Positions 19,304 to 29,704 of a stretch of 64,000 nucleotides of DNA are shown here, piece after piece. Position numbers and translations under genes: made by a program. This stretch comes from Candidatus Brocadiia bacterium (GTDB lineage Bacteria > Planctomycetota > Brocadiia > CAIUPP01), in the NCBI GenBank assembly GCA_050015075.1, contig JBEKCB010000004.1:154476-218475 (forward strand), read 5' to 3'. The notes below the pieces were generated by a model, which was not told the DNA's origin, searched no databases, and was given only the letters and a program-made list of their open reading frames with translations. The stretch's first letter is position 1. Each line of letters opens with the position of its first letter.

Positions 19304-20157
19304 TCACGTTGCAGCACCTCCGCCAGCAGCTTGATCAGCCGCGCGGTGAGCGGGCCGATACGACCGTCGCCGATGGGCTTGCCGTCTACGCGGACGACGG
19401 GGCACACGTCCGCCGTGGTGCCGGTGAGGAACGCTTCTTCCGCCGCGAAGAGTTCCGCCTTGCTGAAGGCGCGCTCGGCGGCGGGAATACCGTGCGTTCG
19501 GGCCAGGTCGAGCACGACGTTCCGCGTCACGCCGGGCAGGACGTGGCCGTCCACCGGATGCGTCCGCAGGCTCCCGCCGATGACCACGAAGAGGTTCGAC
19601 ACCGCGCCTTCGTGCACCGTCCCGTCCTGCCCGACCAGGATCGCCTCGAACGCGCCCGCGTCGGTCGCCTGCCGCTTGGCCAGCGTGTTCGCCAGCAGCA
19701 TCGAGGTCTTGATGTTGCACCGCTGCCAGCGCAGGTCCTCCACGGTCGCCACCGAGACGCCGCCCGGATATTTGCGCGGCCACGCCGGCACTTCGCTGGT
19801 CTGGATGAAGGCGAAGACGTTCGGCGCGATATCCTTCGGCGGCACGTGCGCGCGCATCGCCGCGCCGTGCGTGACCTGGATGTACACCAGTCCCGACTTC
19901 ACGCCGTTGCGCCTCGCCAGTTCGGTCAGAATCGCCTCGTACTGGCTTGCGGAGAACGGGACCGGGATCCCGAGCGCCTTCAAGCCGTTTGACATGCGCG
20001 CGTAATGATCGCCGACGCGGAAGAGCCGCCCGTTGTTGACGCGCAGCGCCTCGTACACGGCGTCGCCGAAAAGCAGGCCGCGGTCGAGAATCGAAATCTT
20101 CGCATCCGCCAGGTCGCAGAATTCGCCGTTCACGTAGCCGGTTGCGGTCGTTTTCAT
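19282..20157 (-). CDS. dat: D-amino-acid aminotransferase (class IV PLP)
   Basis: DRGLLFGDAVYE, CNIKTSMLLAN, EGAVSN, LPGVTR, EAFLTGT. Confidence 0.85.
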   Translation of the reverse strand: MKTTATGYVNGEFCDLADAKISILDRGLLFGDAVYEALRVNNGRLFRVGDHYARMSNGLKALGIPVPFSASQYEAILTELARRNGVKSGLVYIQVTHGAAMRAHVPPKDIAPNVFAFIQTSEVPAWPRKYPGGVSVATVEDLRWQRCNIKTSMLLANTLAKRQATDAGAFEAILVGQDGTVHEGAVSNLFVVIGGSLRTHPVDGHVLPGVTRNVVLDLARTHGIPAAERAFSKAELFAAEEAFLTGTTADVCPVVRVDGKPIGDGRIGPLTARLIKLLAEVLQRETTDDGR

Positions 20158-20230
20158 TGGGGATCTTTCCGTTCAGAATTCAATATGCGGGAAGTCTATT
20201 GCATGCGCGCGGATTTATCAAGCAAGGCGT

Positions 20231-20338
20231 GACGATTGACGATAGACGATGGACGATGGATTCGCAAGCGGGTGTGATCCTCCATCGTCTATCGTCCCTC
20301 GTCCATCGTCCATCGTCTATCGTCCATCGTCCATCGTC
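20231..20338. repeat. Inverted heptamer (GACGATR) tandem array
   Basis: GACGATTGACGATAGACGATGGACGATGG ... (CCATCGT/CTATCGT)n. Confidence 0.8.
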
Positions 20339-22134
20339 TCTTCTTTCCGGAACACCGCCGCAAGAATCAGCCCGGCCAGCGCGGCCATGCAGGCCCACGC
20401 GAACAGGTCGCCATGTGCAGTGTAGAAACTCTTCAGTTTCGTCATGGACAGGTTCCCGATCAGGGTGCCGGCCACTTCGCGATATCGGCCGTCGGGCAGG
20501 ACGATTCGCTCCGTGATCCGCCCATCGGGCGCGATCAGCGCGGAGATGCCCGTGTTGGCGCAGCGCGCGATCGGCACGCGGTTCTCCACCGCCCGGAACG
20601 TGCAGGCCGCCAGGTGCTCGTCCAGCTCCGTGCTGTTCCGGAACCAGCCGTCGTTGGTGATGTTCACCATGAACTCGGCTCCGTCGGCGACGAACTTGCT
20701 GAAGAGGTCGGCCACGGAGTCCTCGTAGCAGATCGTCACGCCGAACTTCATCTCCCTGCCCTGAGCTGTTGTCGAGGGGCCGCCCTGAGCCGTTGTCGAA
20801 GGGGCCTGCACGGGCAGGTCGAAGAGCTGCCGCAGCTTGCCGGGAGTCAGGTCCGGTCCCATCACCTCGGGCCGGAAGAAGCTGAGGAACGGCAGCACGT
20901 CGGTCAGCGGCGTGTACTCGCCGAAGATGACGAGGTGGATTTTGTCGTAGCGCCCGGCGATGCGCCCCTGCGGCGTGATGAAGTACGCGCTGTTGCAGCG
21001 GCGGAGCGGCTCGTGGAACGTCATCGCCGTCGAGCCGACCAGCATATACGCGTCCACCGCGCGGGCCGCGCCGATCAACTCCTTCCGGCACTGCGTCAGA
21101 AAGCCGGCGTACTCGCGCTTGTCTTCCTCCGGCTGGGCGGCGAGCCGCGCGATGAACTCCTCGTCGTAGGCCACGTTCATCGGCGGCGGAAAGATCGTCT
21201 CCGGCCAGATCACCAGCGCCACGTGTTGGCCGATCGCCGCCCTGGAAAGCTCGACGTGGCGCCGCAGGTATTCGATCTGGTCCGCGAGCGACGGCGTGTC
21301 TTTGAGATCCTGCGGCACGTTCCCCTGGACGAGTTCCACTTTCGGCCCCGGCTCCGGCCGGAGCGCGCGCATCCGGCTCCAGCCGTACCCGAGCGCCGCC
21401 GCCACGAGCGCCACCGCGACCGCGCAGGAAATCATGATCCGACGCCGGCGGCTCGTCCTGGACTCCGCATTCCCGCCTTCGCCCATTCGGCTGCGCTCAG
21501 GGCTGCGGCGGGCAAGCCCCACTCCGCCGTCCGCCATCCGCGCTTCGCACTCGATAAGGATATCCGCCAGGCAGCCGTTCACGAGAGCGATCAGGAACGT
21601 GACGCCGTAAACTCCGGTGATGTCCGCGACCTGGACGATCGGCAGATAACGATATTGCGTGTGCGCGAGCAGGTAGAACGAGAAGCCGGTGAGGAAATTG
21701 CAGCGGATGAACTCGAACGCCGCGAACGTCACCGGCGCGGTCAGCGCGAAAGGCAGCCCGCGGCGCTTCAGCCGGCGCAGCAGCCACGTCGCGGCCGGCC
21801 AGTACAGCGCGCAATAGAGCGCCAGCGTCACCCAGCCTTCCGGTCCGACGAACCGGATCCACTGCAGCAGCGCGATGAACAGCGCGTACCCCGCCAGGAG
21901 CGACCAGAGCCAGGCCCGGCGCGACGCGCTCCGCCCCGCCATCACCAGCCACGGCGTCAGCGCCACCCACGCCAGAAAGCCGCAGTCCAGCGGCGGAAAC
22001 GCCGCCCAGATCAGCGCGGCCGACCCGAACGTCAGGAGCGCGGTCGTCAGGTGCCTCTTGAGAAATCCCAAATTCCGATCTCCATGGTCCATGCGACGCA
22101 GTGAAAAAGGCGCGGGGCAGGCGATTGTCTCCAA
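20317..22134 (-). CDS. lnt: Apolipoprotein N-acyltransferase
   Basis: N-terminal TM helices; VQGNVPQ, IWPET, YDKIHLVIFGEY, TICYED, TNDGWF, RAVENR, ANTGIS; start uncertain. Confidence 0.95.
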   Translation of the reverse strand: METIACPAPFSLRRMDHGDRNLGFLKRHLTTALLTFGSAALIWAAFPPLDCGFLAWVALTPWLVMAGRSASRRAWLWSLLAGYALFIALLQWIRFVGPEGWVTLALYCALYWPAATWLLRRLKRRGLPFALTAPVTFAAFEFIRCNFLTGFSFYLLAHTQYRYLPIVQVADITGVYGVTFLIALVNGCLADILIECEARMADGGVGLARRSPERSRMGEGGNAESRTSRRRRIMISCAVAVALVAAALGYGWSRMRALRPEPGPKVELVQGNVPQDLKDTPSLADQIEYLRRHVELSRAAIGQHVALVIWPETIFPPPMNVAYDEEFIARLAAQPEEDKREYAGFLTQCRKELIGAARAVDAYMLVGSTAMTFHEPLRRCNSAYFITPQGRIAGRYDKIHLVIFGEYTPLTDVLPFLSFFRPEVMGPDLTPGKLRQLFDLPVQAPSTTAQGGPSTTAQGREMKFGVTICYEDSVADLFSKFVADGAEFMVNITNDGWFRNSTELDEHLAACTFRAVENRVPIARCANTGISALIAPDGRITERIVLPDGRYREVAGTLIGNLSMTKLKSFYTAHGDLFAWACMAALAGLILAAVFRKEETMDDGR

Positions 22135-22180
22135 CCTCCTGCCCCGCTCCGAGAACCGCCGTCATGTTCTCAGCGTGGCA

Positions 22181-23674
22181 TTAGTGCGTGGTGCCGCCGC
22201 TCAGGACGTCGATCTGCTCCTGGCCGTCGAGATAATGCCAGAGGAGGAAACCTTCGCTGGCGCTGAAAAGGTTGAGCGGCGCCGCGCCGGCCACGGTCGA
22301 AGTGGGCAGCACGGAGTAGTTCGTGGCGATGCGCTTCCCCGCATTGGTGGGGTAGGCAATCGTTGCGATGCTGGCGCTGATGTCCGCGTAGTCCAGCGGG
22401 ATGCCGTCGGCGTTGGCTTCCGACCAGTTCAGCATAACACCTTCCGTGTCGCTGACCTGCAGCACGTGCCAGTCGCCGTAGAGGACATTGTAAGAGGTTT
22501 TGTGCGCGAAAGAGCCGTAGCCGAGCCGATACTGTGTGGTCAACGTCGGCGAGTAGGTGCCTTCGTTCGCCTCATCCCACTTCGAGAAGGTGTCGGAACA
22601 AATCGCGCGCGCGCCCAGGAGCTTCTGGCTCTTGAACTGCGGGCAGCCGGCGTAGGCCTTGATGCCCGGAGTGGTGGTATCGGTGAAGTCGGCATAGGCC
22701 TGATTGGATGAATCCGTCGGGATGCCGGTGCCGACCGTCGTGAGGGCCGCCGTTGTGTAAGGGACGCCGCCCTTGCCCGCGCCCGTGAAGGCCCGAGACG
22801 CGCCGCCCGTGCTGATCGGGACTCCGCGATAGTTGTACGAGCATTGGAAACCGAAAACGTTGAATTGGTTCTGCCAGCCGTTCCAGAACCCGTTGCCGGT
22901 TGAGGTCCCGCCGTAGCCCTGCACCATCTGAGGGTAGTTGCCGCCGCGCAGCGCGTCCGCATCCAGCAGGCCGGTGTTCATCATCAGGGTGGACAGGTCG
23001 CCTTTTGAGAGGCCGGCATTCGCAGCGCCCGCATCCGGCGGCATGCCCGGCGAGGACGGGCAGATGAACACTTTGGCGTCCTCGATGTAAGCGCCCGTGA
23101 GCAGGTAGCCAAGGCCGACCGGGCCGGCGAAGCACGCCTTTCCGGCTTGTGGAGGCGTCCCCGGGACCGTGGATCCATAGTAGATCGTCGGCGATCCGAA
23201 GAATATCGTCCTGAAAAAGTTCACGCCGGGGAACGCGAGGCCGCAGGGTATGCCGACGGGCTCTCCGCGGCCGAGTGCCGCCAGGCTTAAAGGCTCGTCC
23301 GTCACGACCGAAGGTTCGCCCGTCACGGGCGATTTGTCGTAGGGGATGAGGCCCGTCATCTGGCACGTATACGCCGAACCGTTGATGTTCGTCTTGTAAG
23401 TGACTTGGCCGCTTCCCGCCTGGGTCGTGCTGCTCGGGTCGATTCCATAGCCCGGATAACAGGGGAAGTAGCCGGCGAAATCAGCACAGTACGATTCCAA
23501 CGCCTTCGAGAACTGGTTGAGGTTGTTGAGGCACGCAATGCGGCGCGCCTTCTCCCTTGCCGACGTCAGCGCCGGCAGCAGCAAGGCGGCCAGGATGCCG
23601 ATAATCGCAATCACCACCAGCATCTCGATCAACGTGAAGGCCGCTGAACGCCTGGCGCGATTTCCGACTTGCAT
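22181..23674 (-). CDS. Prepilin-type N-terminal cleavage/methylation protein, DUF1559/H-X9-DG-like
   Basis: [39 protein letters not shown]; FICPS; [14 protein letters not shown]. Confidence 0.85.
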   Translation of the reverse strand: MQVGNRARRSAAFTLIEMLVVIAIIGILAALLLPALTSAREKARRIACLNNLNQFSKALESYCADFAGYFPCYPGYGIDPSSTTQAGSGQVTYKTNINGSAYTCQMTGLIPYDKSPVTGEPSVVTDEPLSLAALGRGEPVGIPCGLAFPGVNFFRTIFFGSPTIYYGSTVPGTPPQAGKACFAGPVGLGYLLTGAYIEDAKVFICPSSPGMPPDAGAANAGLSKGDLSTLMMNTGLLDADALRGGNYPQMVQGYGGTSTGNGFWNGWQNQFNVFGFQCSYNYRGVPISTGGASRAFTGAGKGGVPYTTAALTTVGTGIPTDSSNQAYADFTDTTTPGIKAYAGCPQFKSQKLLGARAICSDTFSKWDEANEGTYSPTLTTQYRLGYGSFAHKTSYNVLYGDWHVLQVSDTEGVMLNWSEANADGIPLDYADISASIATIAYPTNAGKRIATNYSVLPTSTVAGAAPLNLFSASEGFLLWHYLDGQEQIDVLSGGTTH

Positions 23675-23859
23675 GAGGTTTCCTTTTTCTCTCGAACGTG
23701 GTGCGACTGCGTACCATTAAGCAATGCTAGTGTTTCGTTCAGCCTTAGTCAAGTCAAGCGGGAAAGCCGATTTCCAAGAGGTTCTTGCGCATCGCTGAGA
23801 TGCCGGGTAAGATGCGGTGCGTGGAACGCTGCGCGCAATCCGGCACGGGAGGCAACCCC

Positions 23860-24993
23860 ATGAGCAGCGAGCGGAAGAAAGTTCTGATCCTCTCCGTCAA
23901 GGCCGGCGCCGGCCACATACGGGCTGCGGCGGCCATGGAGCAGGTACTCAAAGAGACCCATCCGGAGGTCGAGACACACAACGTCGAGGCGCTTGAATAC
24001 ACCAATCCCGCATTCCAGGCCAGTTTCACGAGCGCGTACAACAAGCTCGCCTCCGACCTGCCTTCGGTCTGGGGAATCATCTACGAGCAGATGAACAAGA
24101 AGTCCTCCGCGAAATCGAAGAAGTTTGCGGCGCTCATTGACCGGTTGAACGCCACACCGATCGTCCGCATGGTCCGCCGGCACGCGCCCGACGCCATCAT
24201 CTGCACGCACTACCTGCCCGGCGAAATCCTCGGCCCGCTCCGGCGCAAAGGCAAGCTGGCCGCGCCGCTGTTCGTGACGCTGACCGACTACGACATCCAC
24301 GCGATGTGGATTCAGGAAGGCGTGGACCGGTACTTCGTCGCGACCGACGAAATGGCGCACGCGCTCCAGGAAACGGGAATCGGCAGCGCGAAAGTCAGCG
24401 TGACGGGAATCCCGATCATGCCGGTCTTCTCGCAGCCGCAACTCGCGCCGCGGGCGATGCGGCTGAAGCTCGGCCTGCGCGCGGAGCCGCCGACGGTCCT
24501 CCTCTCGGCCGGCGGGTTCGGCCTGAAGCGCGTGGATGAAACCGTCGCCATGCTCGCCGACGCCGTGGACGACGTGCAGCTCGTCGCGCTGGCGGGAAGG
24601 AACCAGAAACTCGAAAAGGCGCTGCGAGCCGTCGCGGCGTCGCGGCCGGGCAAGATCGTGCCGATGGGTTTCGCCGGGAACATGCACGAACTCATGGCCG
24701 CCAGCGATTTCGTCGTCTCGAAGAGCGGCGGCCTGACGTGCGCCGAATGCCTGGCGATGGGCGTCCCGATGGTGGTTTTTAATCCGATCCCCGGGCAGGA
24801 AGAGCGCAACGCGGATTACCTGCTCGAGAACGGCGTGGCGCTCCGCGCCAGCTCCGCCGCGCACCTGGTTTACAAAGTGCGCCGCCTGCTGACCGACTCG
24901 GCGCTCCTCGCCCGCATGAAGAGCGCCACGCAACAGATCGCCCGCCCGCGCGCGGCGTTCGAGATCGTCGAGACCGTGCTCAGTTGCATCTGA
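23860..24993 (+). CDS. Diacylglycerol glycosyltransferase (UgtP/MGDG synthase, GT28)
   Basis: GAGHIRAA, TDYDIH, TGIPI, SKSGGLT, PIPGQEERNA. Confidence 0.9.
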   Translation: MSSERKKVLILSVKAGAGHIRAAAAMEQVLKETHPEVETHNVEALEYTNPAFQASFTSAYNKLASDLPSVWGIIYEQMNKKSSAKSKKFAALIDRLNATPIVRMVRRHAPDAIICTHYLPGEILGPLRRKGKLAAPLFVTLTDYDIHAMWIQEGVDRYFVATDEMAHALQETGIGSAKVSVTGIPIMPVFSQPQLAPRAMRLKLGLRAEPPTVLLSAGGFGLKRVDETVAMLADAVDDVQLVALAGRNQKLEKALRAVAASRPGKIVPMGFAGNMHELMAASDFVVSKSGGLTCAECLAMGVPMVVFNPIPGQEERNADYLLENGVALRASSAAHLVYKVRRLLTDSALLARMKSATQQIARPRAAFEIVETVLSCI

Positions 24994-25016
24994 ATCGGCG
25001 CCCTTCCGGTCCCCCG

Positions 25017-25922
25017 CTACGCCCGCATCTCGATCACGCGCAGCGCCGCGGGCGCCACGTCCACCTCCACCGGCGTCCAGCCTGCCGCGTCGCCGTCCAC
25101 CTGCACCGGCAGCGGCTGCTGCGACGTGATGCGCAGCCGCACCGCCGTCCCGTGGTGGACATCGTTTCGCCGCAGGTGCCGCCGCCGCGCCGCGGCCTGG
25201 AGATACAGCAGCAGGTTCCGCAGGCCCGGCCGCTCGAACACCACCCAGTTCAGCCGGCCGTCGTCGTCGCGCGCCTCCGGCGCCAGCGGGAGCCCGAGCG
25301 CGTATCGCGGCAGGTTGAAAACGAACGCGTGCGTCCCCGCGACGCGCACGCCGTCCGCTTCGAGTTCCAGGCGCCCGTACGAATATCCCGCAATCGCTTC
25401 GAGGATCCGGCCGACGTAGCTCCAATACGTGACGCGCTTGAGCTTGCGGCCGTGCGCGCGCCAGAGCGCCAGCCGGCGGATGACCTCCGCATCGAAGCCG
25501 ACGCCGATCATGGAGCTGAAGCGCCGGCCGTTCGCGTGGCCCAGGTCCACAGAGCGCACGCGCCCCTGCGCGATCGCGCTGACGAGGCGCTCCTCGTCGG
25601 ACGAAAAGCCGAACGCCTGGGCAAAGACATTTTCCGTGCCGAGCGGCAGGACGGCTATCGGCACGCGAGGACGTTCATTGATGAGGTCGGCGACCGTGCC
25701 GTCGCCGCCGGCTGCGACGACGCAGTTCCAATTCGCGGCATGGTTCGGGTCGGCCAGTTCAGCGGTGCGCTCGCTGCGGTGCCAGAGTTCCTTCGGCTCG
25801 AAACCCGCGCGGCCGAGCGCCTCCGCCAGTGCGGCGACGCGCCGCCGGTTCGCCAGGGAGCCGCTGTAGGGATTTGCCACGATCAGAACGCCGCGCGCGT
25901 CGCCGGTGTCATTGCCCGCCAT
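25017..25922 (-). CDS. Diacylglycerol/lipid kinase family protein
   Basis: ANPYSG, GGDGTV, LPLGTEN, GVGFDA, QVDGD. Confidence 0.9.
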   Translation of the reverse strand: MAGNDTGDARGVLIVANPYSGSLANRRRVAALAEALGRAGFEPKELWHRSERTAELADPNHAANWNCVVAAGGDGTVADLINERPRVPIAVLPLGTENVFAQAFGFSSDEERLVSAIAQGRVRSVDLGHANGRRFSSMIGVGFDAEVIRRLALWRAHGRKLKRVTYWSYVGRILEAIAGYSYGRLELEADGVRVAGTHAFVFNLPRYALGLPLAPEARDDDGRLNWVVFERPGLRNLLLYLQAAARRRHLRRNDVHHGTAVRLRITSQQPLPVQVDGDAAGWTPVEVDVAPAALRVIEMRA

Positions 25923-26041
25923 CGCTTAACCCGACCACACATGACGGGCGAGTGACGAGTTCCACGCTCGGGACTCGCCACTCGCCGTTGCTCGGTGTCC
26001 TTGTGTCTTCTATGCCGGAAATCCAAGCTGATCCGGGAATC

Positions 26042-26809
26042 CTAACGCGTTCCCCTTCCCAGCCCTTGCTTGGTCAGCCAGGCGCAGCTCTCTCGAGCCG
26101 CCGTCACCATGTCCGTCGCGCAGCTATCCAGCTCCACCACCAGCCATTGGAGCACCTTCGGATCGGCGGCGCGGACGCAGCCGGCCACGTCCATCTTGCC
26201 CGCGCCCACCGCCGTGTGCGGCTGATCTTTGACCAGCGGCCCGTCCTTGATGTGGAGCAGCGGCATGCGGCTGCGATACTTCTTGATGACCTCCGGCACT
26301 TTCACCGCGCCGAAATTCGCCGCCCAGTAGGTGTCCAACTCGCCGAAAATATCCGGCGCCTGCTCCATCAGCAGGTCGTACTTGTACCGGCCGCCCTCGA
26401 CGTCGAATTCCCACCAGTGGTTATGATAGCCGAACCGCAGCCCGTGCGGTTTCAGCAGCTCGGCGGCCTTCTGAAGCTCCGCCGCCACGGTCTTCACGCC
26501 GTCCGGCCCCTTGAACTTGTCCGGCCCCCGGTTGGTGATGATCATTTTGTAGCCGAGCGCGTTGGCGGTCTCCACCGTCTCCTTGAGATTCTCCGCCGTC
26601 GGCAGGCCCACGTGCGCGGAGGAGGCGACCAGCCCGAGGTCGTCGAGCATCTTGCGCACCTCGGCCGCCTTCTTGCCGTACAGCCCGGCCATCTCGACAC
26701 CGACGTAGCCGCTCGCGGCGACTTCTTTGAGCGTCTTGAGCAGGTCCTTCTCCGCCTCCTTGCGCAGCGTGTAAAGCTGAATACTGACCGGCGGCTTCTG
26801 CTTCGCCAT
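26042..26809 (-). CDS. Sugar phosphate isomerase/epimerase (TIM barrel)
   Basis: QLYTLR, GYHNHWWEF, ELDTYW, LHIKDG, VVELD; GGGAGG RBS before ATG at 26809. Confidence 0.88.
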   Translation of the reverse strand: MAKQKPPVSIQLYTLRKEAEKDLLKTLKEVAASGYVGVEMAGLYGKKAAEVRKMLDDLGLVASSAHVGLPTAENLKETVETANALGYKMIITNRGPDKFKGPDGVKTVAAELQKAAELLKPHGLRFGYHNHWWEFDVEGGRYKYDLLMEQAPDIFGELDTYWAANFGAVKVPEVIKKYRSRMPLLHIKDGPLVKDQPHTAVGAGKMDVAGCVRAADPKVLQWLVVELDSCATDMVTAARESCAWLTKQGLGRGTR

Positions 26810-26826
26810 GGCGTCCTCCCTCTGAA

Positions 26827-27216
26827 TTATGCCGGAACAGCCTTGTGAGCGTACACGATGACGCCCGTGCGGCCCTCCGAGCGAATCTTGCGGAATTCCA
26901 GGCGCACCTTCATTCCCATCTTCATGTCCTCGGGCGCGACGTCCGCCACCTGGGCGGTCAGGCGCGTCGTGTCTTCCATCTCGATCACGGCGACGACGTA
27001 AGGCACTTCCTGCGCGAAGGCGGGCGGCGCGACGCGGATCACGCTGTACGTCAGCACCTTGCCCGACTGCGCCATCGGCTTCATCTCGAACTCGCGCCCG
27101 CGGCAGCCGTCGCAGACCTGGCGCGGCGGAAAGTGCATCTTCCCGCACCCCTTGCACCGGGCGACTTCGTTCAAAAGGCGCTGCCGCCGTTCGCGCCAGA
27201 CGCGGACTGTGCTCAT
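26827..27216 (-). CDS. DUF35 Zn-ribbon/OB-fold protein (thiolase-HMG-CoA synthase scaffold)
   Basis: CKGCG..FPPR.VCDGC, GKVLTYSVI, PYVVAVIE, GMKVRLEFRK. Confidence 0.9.
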   Translation of the reverse strand: MSTVRVWRERRQRLLNEVARCKGCGKMHFPPRQVCDGCRGREFEMKPMAQSGKVLTYSVIRVAPPAFAQEVPYVVAVIEMEDTTRLTAQVADVAPEDMKMGMKVRLEFRKIRSEGRTGVIVYAHKAVPA

Positions 27217-27217
27217 T

Positions 27218-28375
27218 TCAGATCAGCTCCAATACGTGCACCACCGAACTTCCGCCGCTGCCGCCCATGTTCTGGGTCAGGCCGATCCGCGCGTTGCGGA
27301 CCTGGCGCTCGCCGGCCTCGCCGCGCAGTTGCGTCACCACCTCGTTGATCTGCGCAACGCCGGTGGCGCCGACCGGATGGCCCTTCGACTTCAGGCCGCC
27401 GCTCGTGTTGACCGGCGATCGGCCGTCGCGCGCGGTCAGTCCGCTGCGCGCCGCGTCGCCGCCCTGCCCGCGCGGCACGAATCCCAGTTCCTCGATCGCG
27501 CACACCTCGGCGATCGTGAAGCAGTCGTGCACCTCCGCCAGGTGGATATCCGCGGGCTTGCGCTTCGCCATCTTGAGCGCGATCTGCCCGGACCGCTCGA
27601 CCGCCGGCAACCTCGTCAGGTCGGCGCGGCGATAGAGCGCCAGGCTGTCGGTCGCGTGGCCGACCCCGGCGATCCGCACCGGCGCCTTCTTCGCCATCTT
27701 TTTCGCCAGTTCGAGCGGACACAGGATCGCCGCCGCCGCGCCGTCGGTCACGGGCGAGCAATCGAGAATGTGCAGCGGGTCGGCGACCATCATCGAATCG
27801 AGCACGTCCTCCACGGTGATCCGGTTCCGGAACTGCGCCAGCGGGTTGAGCGCCCCGTTCGCGTGGTTCTTCACTGCGATCGCGGCGAGTTGCTCGCTGG
27901 TGGTGCCGTATCGCTCCATGTGCGCGCGCGCGATCATGGCGTAGAGCCCGGGGAACGTCACGCCGTGGAACGCCTCGTAGTCCTGGTCGGCGGCCGTCGC
28001 GAGCGCGGCCGTGCAAACGTCGCCGGCCACGTCGGTCATCTTCTCGACGCCCATCGCCAGCACGACGTCGCTCAGGCCGCTGGCGACCTCGATGAAGGCC
28101 GACCGCACCGCCAGTCCGCCCGAGGCGCAGGCCGATTCCACGCGCGTCGCCGGGATCGGCCCCAGGCCCAGGAAGTCCGAGGCCAGGCTCGCCAGGTGCT
28201 CTTGCTCGGCGAACAGGCCGCTCGACATGCAGCCGACGTACATCGAGTCCACGTGGTCCACGCCCGCGTCGGCGATCGCCTTGAGCCCCGCCTCGACCAT
28301 CAGATCGCGCAGCGATTTTTCCCAAAGCTCGCCGAACCGCGTCATCCCGATCCCGATAATCGCAACGTCCCGCAT
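27218..28375 (-). CDS. Acetyl-CoA acetyltransferase, archaeal (SCP2-like) type thiolase
   Basis: [52 protein letters not shown]. Confidence 0.92.
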   Translation of the reverse strand: MRDVAIIGIGMTRFGELWEKSLRDLMVEAGLKAIADAGVDHVDSMYVGCMSSGLFAEQEHLASLASDFLGLGPIPATRVESACASGGLAVRSAFIEVASGLSDVVLAMGVEKMTDVAGDVCTAALATAADQDYEAFHGVTFPGLYAMIARAHMERYGTTSEQLAAIAVKNHANGALNPLAQFRNRITVEDVLDSMMVADPLHILDCSPVTDGAAAAILCPLELAKKMAKKAPVRIAGVGHATDSLALYRRADLTRLPAVERSGQIALKMAKRKPADIHLAEVHDCFTIAEVCAIEELGFVPRGQGGDAARSGLTARDGRSPVNTSGGLKSKGHPVGATGVAQINEVVTQLRGEAGERQVRNARIGLTQNMGGSGGSSVVHVLELI

Positions 28376-28412
28376 CGTCCGCCGCTCCACAATTCAATTT
28401 CGAAAACGCCGG

Positions 28413-29471
28413 TCAATCCTCTTCGCGCGCGATCTTGCTGCGGAACCGCGCGTAGCGCGTGTAATCGAGCTGCACGGTCGGCTTCGCGAGAATCTCCTCG
28501 ACGGTTGGCCCGCGGCCGCGGACCTCCGCGATCAGGCCGGTGACCGTGAAGACGAACGCGTCGCTGCCCGCGCCCGATCCGTACGAGACCATGAAGATTT
28601 TCTGCCCCGGCTTCGCTACGTCGAGCACTGCGCAGAGCCCGAGCGGCGACGCGCCGCTGTACACGTTGCCGATGCGCGGCGACAGAAGCCCCGCGCGGCA
28701 TTGCTCCTTCGAGAACCCGAGCAGTTGCCCCGCGCGGACCGGGAACTTGCCGTTCGGCTGATGGAAGATCGCGTGCGCGAAGTCGCCGACCTTCATGCCG
28801 GTCTGTTCGAGCAGCTTCCGCGCCGCCGTCATCGTGTGATGGAAATAGCCCGGCTCGCCCGTGAAGCGCCCGCCGTGCCGCGGGAACCGCTCCTCCTCGC
28901 GGCGCCAGAAGTCGGGCGTGTCCGTGGTGTAGGCGAGCGACGCGTCCATCGTCGCCACAACGCCTTCGCGCCCGAAGATGAAGGCCGCGGCGCCGGCGGC
29001 GGTGGCGAACTCGAGCGGGTCGCCCGGCGCGCCCTGAGCGGTGTCGGAGCCGATCGCCAGGGCGCACTCCACCGCGCCCGCCTCGACCAGGCGCGAGCAC
29101 AGGTACATCGCCTCGGTGCCCGCCTTGCAGGCGAACTCCAAGTCCGCGGTGTGGATCCAGCGGGTCGTCCCGATCGCCTCGGAGACGACGGTGCTGCTGG
29201 GCTTCACGGCGTACGGATGCGACTCGGAGCCGATGTAGATCGCGCCGATCTTTGCCGGATCGGTTGCTCCGCGCCGGATCGCGCGGCGCGCCGCCTCGAC
29301 CGCCAGCGTGATGCAGTCCTGGTCGCGCGCGGCGACGGACTTCTCCTCCATGCCGAGTCCCTTGCGATAGATCTCGGCCTCCCATCCCCACGCGCGCGCG
29401 ACTTCAGAGGTCTTGATGCGATAGCGCGGGATGTACGCGCCATAGCCCACGATTCCGACCGGGTCCTTCAT
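28413..29471 (-). CDS. Hydroxymethylglutaryl-CoA synthase, archaeal type
   Basis: GYGAYIPRYRI, GSESHPYAVKP, DLEFACKAGT, DTPDFWRR, FHQPNGKFP, SYGSGAGSD. Confidence 0.92.
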   Translation of the reverse strand: MKDPVGIVGYGAYIPRYRIKTSEVARAWGWEAEIYRKGLGMEEKSVAARDQDCITLAVEAARRAIRRGATDPAKIGAIYIGSESHPYAVKPSSTVVSEAIGTTRWIHTADLEFACKAGTEAMYLCSRLVEAGAVECALAIGSDTAQGAPGDPLEFATAAGAAAFIFGREGVVATMDASLAYTTDTPDFWRREEERFPRHGGRFTGEPGYFHHTMTAARKLLEQTGMKVGDFAHAIFHQPNGKFPVRAGQLLGFSKEQCRAGLLSPRIGNVYSGASPLGLCAVLDVAKPGQKIFMVSYGSGAGSDAFVFTVTGLIAEVRGRGPTVEEILAKPTVQLDYTRYARFRSKIAREED

Positions 29472-29501
29472 CCGGAATTCTCCGAACAAACAACGACCAG
29501 C

Positions 29502-29661
29502 TTGACCGCGAAAGCGCGAAAACGCGAAAACGACAACGGAATACAACTTTGAACCACAGATGAACACAGATAAGCACAGATACGAAATTCTTTATCTGTG
29601 AACATCTGAGTCCATCTGTGGTTTAAATTCTTCTTTCGCGTTTTCGCGCTTTCGCGGTCAA
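29502..29661. repeat. Nested palindromic MITE-like element, copy 1
   Basis: Outer IR TTGACCGCGAAAGCGCGAAAACGCGAAA / TTTCGCGTTTTCGCGCTTTCGCGGTCAA; inner IR AACCACAGATGAACACAGAT / ATCTG...CATCTGTGGTT. Confidence 0.88.
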
Positions 29662-29704
29662 ATAATTTGCGGTTGCCGTTTTTCGTTTCTTCACGGTTCC
29701 GCGG

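Noticed and set aside
26827-29471. PhlABC-like (phloroglucinol acetyltransferase) cluster
   Set aside because: Same three folds, but the HMGS retains its catalytic Cys motif and the genes sit with mvk, mvaD and ipk; no type III PKS is present.
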